From Candidatus Hydrogenedentota bacterium (lineage in GTDB: Bacteria; Hydrogenedentota; Hydrogenedentia; Hydrogenedentales; SLHB01), in NCBI GenBank assembly GCA_963745075.1, contig CAVUWV010000013.1, positions 161,585 through 225,584 on the forward strand: a DNA stretch of 64,000 nucleotides, given 5' to 3'. Positions 62,282 through 64,000 of this stretch are shown here, piece after piece. The stretch's first letter is position 1, and each line of letters starts with the position of its first letter. The translations under genes and the position numbers were made by a program. The notes under the pieces are model-generated. The model ran no database searches. It saw only the letters and a list, made by a program, of their open reading frames with translations, and was not told where the DNA came from.

Positions 62282-62842
62282 ATGGTGATTCCGGACGGTG
62301 AGTTCGAACGGCTGGAACCAAAGTTTTGTACGCTACGCGATTTGCACTTTATCACCATATCCGACATCCTCAATCTCCTTCTTCCCAGCGTTACTAAACT
62401 GGGCTATCGACTTCGTCACGGAGTGTTCACCGGTGCCGGCCTGCCTCCCGCCTTGTCGGCCGCGGTGCGCCATCTGACTCCGGCCGATTCCTCATCGCTC
62501 GATGATCTCCGCCAGATGTCACACCCCTTGGAATGGAGCCACAGCGGCATTGAAAGAGGATCGGAGAACGCTTATGGGTATTTTGCCGACGAACGGCTGG
62601 TTGCATTCGCCCACTACACCGTAGACGGTGACGTCGCCGAATTGGGGGTCCTTTGTCACCCCGAGTTCCGAGGTCGTGGCTACACCGCGGCGGCTACCAC
62701 AGCCGTCATTCGGGAGACCCTGGAAAAGGGGCTGCTTCCGGTTTATCAGACCCTCTCCGAGAACCGGCCTTCCGTACGAATGGCCTCGAAACTGGGGTGT
62801 GTGTTTTTCACGGAAACATTCAAGGTGCATCTTACGGAATGA
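62282..62842 (+). CDS. GNAT family N-acetyltransferase (start uncertain)
   Basis: LGVLCHPEFRGRGY and ENRPSVRMASKLG motifs. Confidence 0.75.
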   Translation: MVIPDGEFERLEPKFCTLRDLHFITISDILNLLLPSVTKLGYRLRHGVFTGAGLPPALSAAVRHLTPADSSSLDDLRQMSHPLEWSHSGIERGSENAYGYFADERLVAFAHYTVDGDVAELGVLCHPEFRGRGYTAAATTAVIRETLEKGLLPVYQTLSENRPSVRMASKLGCVFFTETFKVHLTE

Positions 62843-62883
62843 TGCTGGATGCGCGTGCGGGCGCAATCGAATGCGAGTCGTGT

Positions 62884-62977
62884 AAGATGGATTCCCGCTT
62901 TCGCGGGAATGACGGTCTCGGGCTTCGCGACATATTTCACCTGCATCGTCATTCCCGCGAAAGCGGGAATCCATCTT
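62884..62977. repeat. ATTCCC-N8-GGGAAT (dRS3-like) repeat doublet, 31-bp perfect inverted repeat
   Basis: AAGATGGATTCCCGCTTTCGCGGGAATGACG and its reverse complement at 62947-62977. Confidence 0.85.
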
Positions 62978-63038
62978 CACAGGTATGTCGTGAGAATGAT
63001 CAGCAGCAGCCTTCAAGACAAGTCGGAGGAGTGATCGA

Positions 63039-64000
63039 ATGCCGGGTTCGATTTTCTTCAACAGTTTACTTTGCACTACGGTTCTTGCGGCCGTCCTTGG
63101 CGCAGGCCAATCACGCGCACAAGACCCGTGGGTAATCTACAAGGGCGCCGATGGTCCCGGTATGGGCAAGCACATCGTCCTGGTTTCCGGCGACGAGGAG
63201 TACCGCTCCGAAGAAGCGCTCCCGCAACTCGGCAAGATCCTTGCCCAGCGTCACGGCTTCACATGCACCGTTCTCTTTGCCATCAATCCCGAACCGGAGC
63301 CATCGATCCGGATTACAACAAGAACATCCCCGGTCTGGATGCCCTCGATGACGCGGACCTCATGATCATCTTCACCCGATTCCGTGACCTGCCGGACGAC
63401 CAGATGGAACACATCGACCGCTACCTCAAGTCCGGCAAACCGGTCATCGGCATGCGGACAGCGACCCATGCCTTCAAGACCGCGCCCGAATCCAAGTGGG
63501 TCTACTACAGCAACGGTTACAGAGGCGACCGCGCCGAATGGAAGGACGGGTTTGGGCGGCTCGTACTGGGCGAGAAATGGGTCACTCATCACGGCAAGCA
63601 CAAGTACGAAAGCACGCGCGGCGTCATCGCACCCGGCGCGCAGGACAACCCGATCTCCGTGGTATCGAGGACGGCGATATCTGGGCCCCGACCGACGTCT
63701 ACGGCGTGCGTCTCCCGCTGCCCGGCGACAGCACGCCGCTCGTGCTTGGCCAGGTGTTGGCGCACGGCGACGTGTTCGATGAGCACGACCTCTTCTACGG
63801 CATGCGCCCCGAAACCGGCGCGCCGGTGGAAGGCGAGAAGAACGATCCCATGATGCCCGTCGCCTGGTCCAAGTCCTACCAACTCCCGGGCGGCGCGAAA
63901 GGCAAAGCCTTCACCACCACCATGGGCGCATCGACGGACCTCCTTTCCGAAGGCGTGCGTCGCCTCCTCGTCAATGCCGTTTACTGGTGCCTCGACCTGA
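63039..64000 (+). CDS. Secreted ThuA-like protein; frameshifted, runs off the window
   Basis: HIVLVSGDEEYRSEE, FTRFR, GMRTATHAF, MMPVAW, FTTTMGAS, RLLVNAVYW. Confidence 0.8.

Noticed and set aside
62060..62880. Second integron cassette around the GNAT gene
   Set aside because: No R''/L''/L'/R' arrangement could be identified on either side.

Overview
A 64-kb, GC-rich bacterial chromosomal window. Gene content (Tat-exported sulfatases, DUF4838, Gfo/Idh/MocA, ThuA, BNR proteins) suggests Ca. Hydrogenedentota or a PVC-like heterotroph; this is inference only. Left to right: a dtd / AsnB-like / formyltransferase / GT2-TPR operon; two unannotated small ORFs with strong RBSs; ald, an M28-family membrane protein and sod; a complete IS1202-family element (8515-10101) with a 16-bp target duplication; Rieske and 7Fe ferredoxins plus an AmmeMemoRadiSam radical SAM gene; a phosphonate-monoester-hydrolase-like gene; hemN-hemY and an NsrR-like regulator with an NsrR box; carbohydrate/sulfate catabolism genes; an RND efflux operon; more sulfatases and oxidoreductases. 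The most notable hidden structure is an integrase-less integron unit at ~30.75-33.11 kb: a sigma70 promoter, an attI-like site, and one cassette carrying a restriction endonuclease-like plus N6-methyltransferase pair, ending in an attC with canonical geometry whose R'' box is the reverse complement of the cassette start. It sits in a repeat-rich block bounded by 43-bp direct repeats. Many genes carry single-base frameshifts, probably long-read consensus errors, so pseudogene calls are provisional. No rRNA, tRNA or CRISPR array was seen. All family calls come from motif recognition, not database searches.
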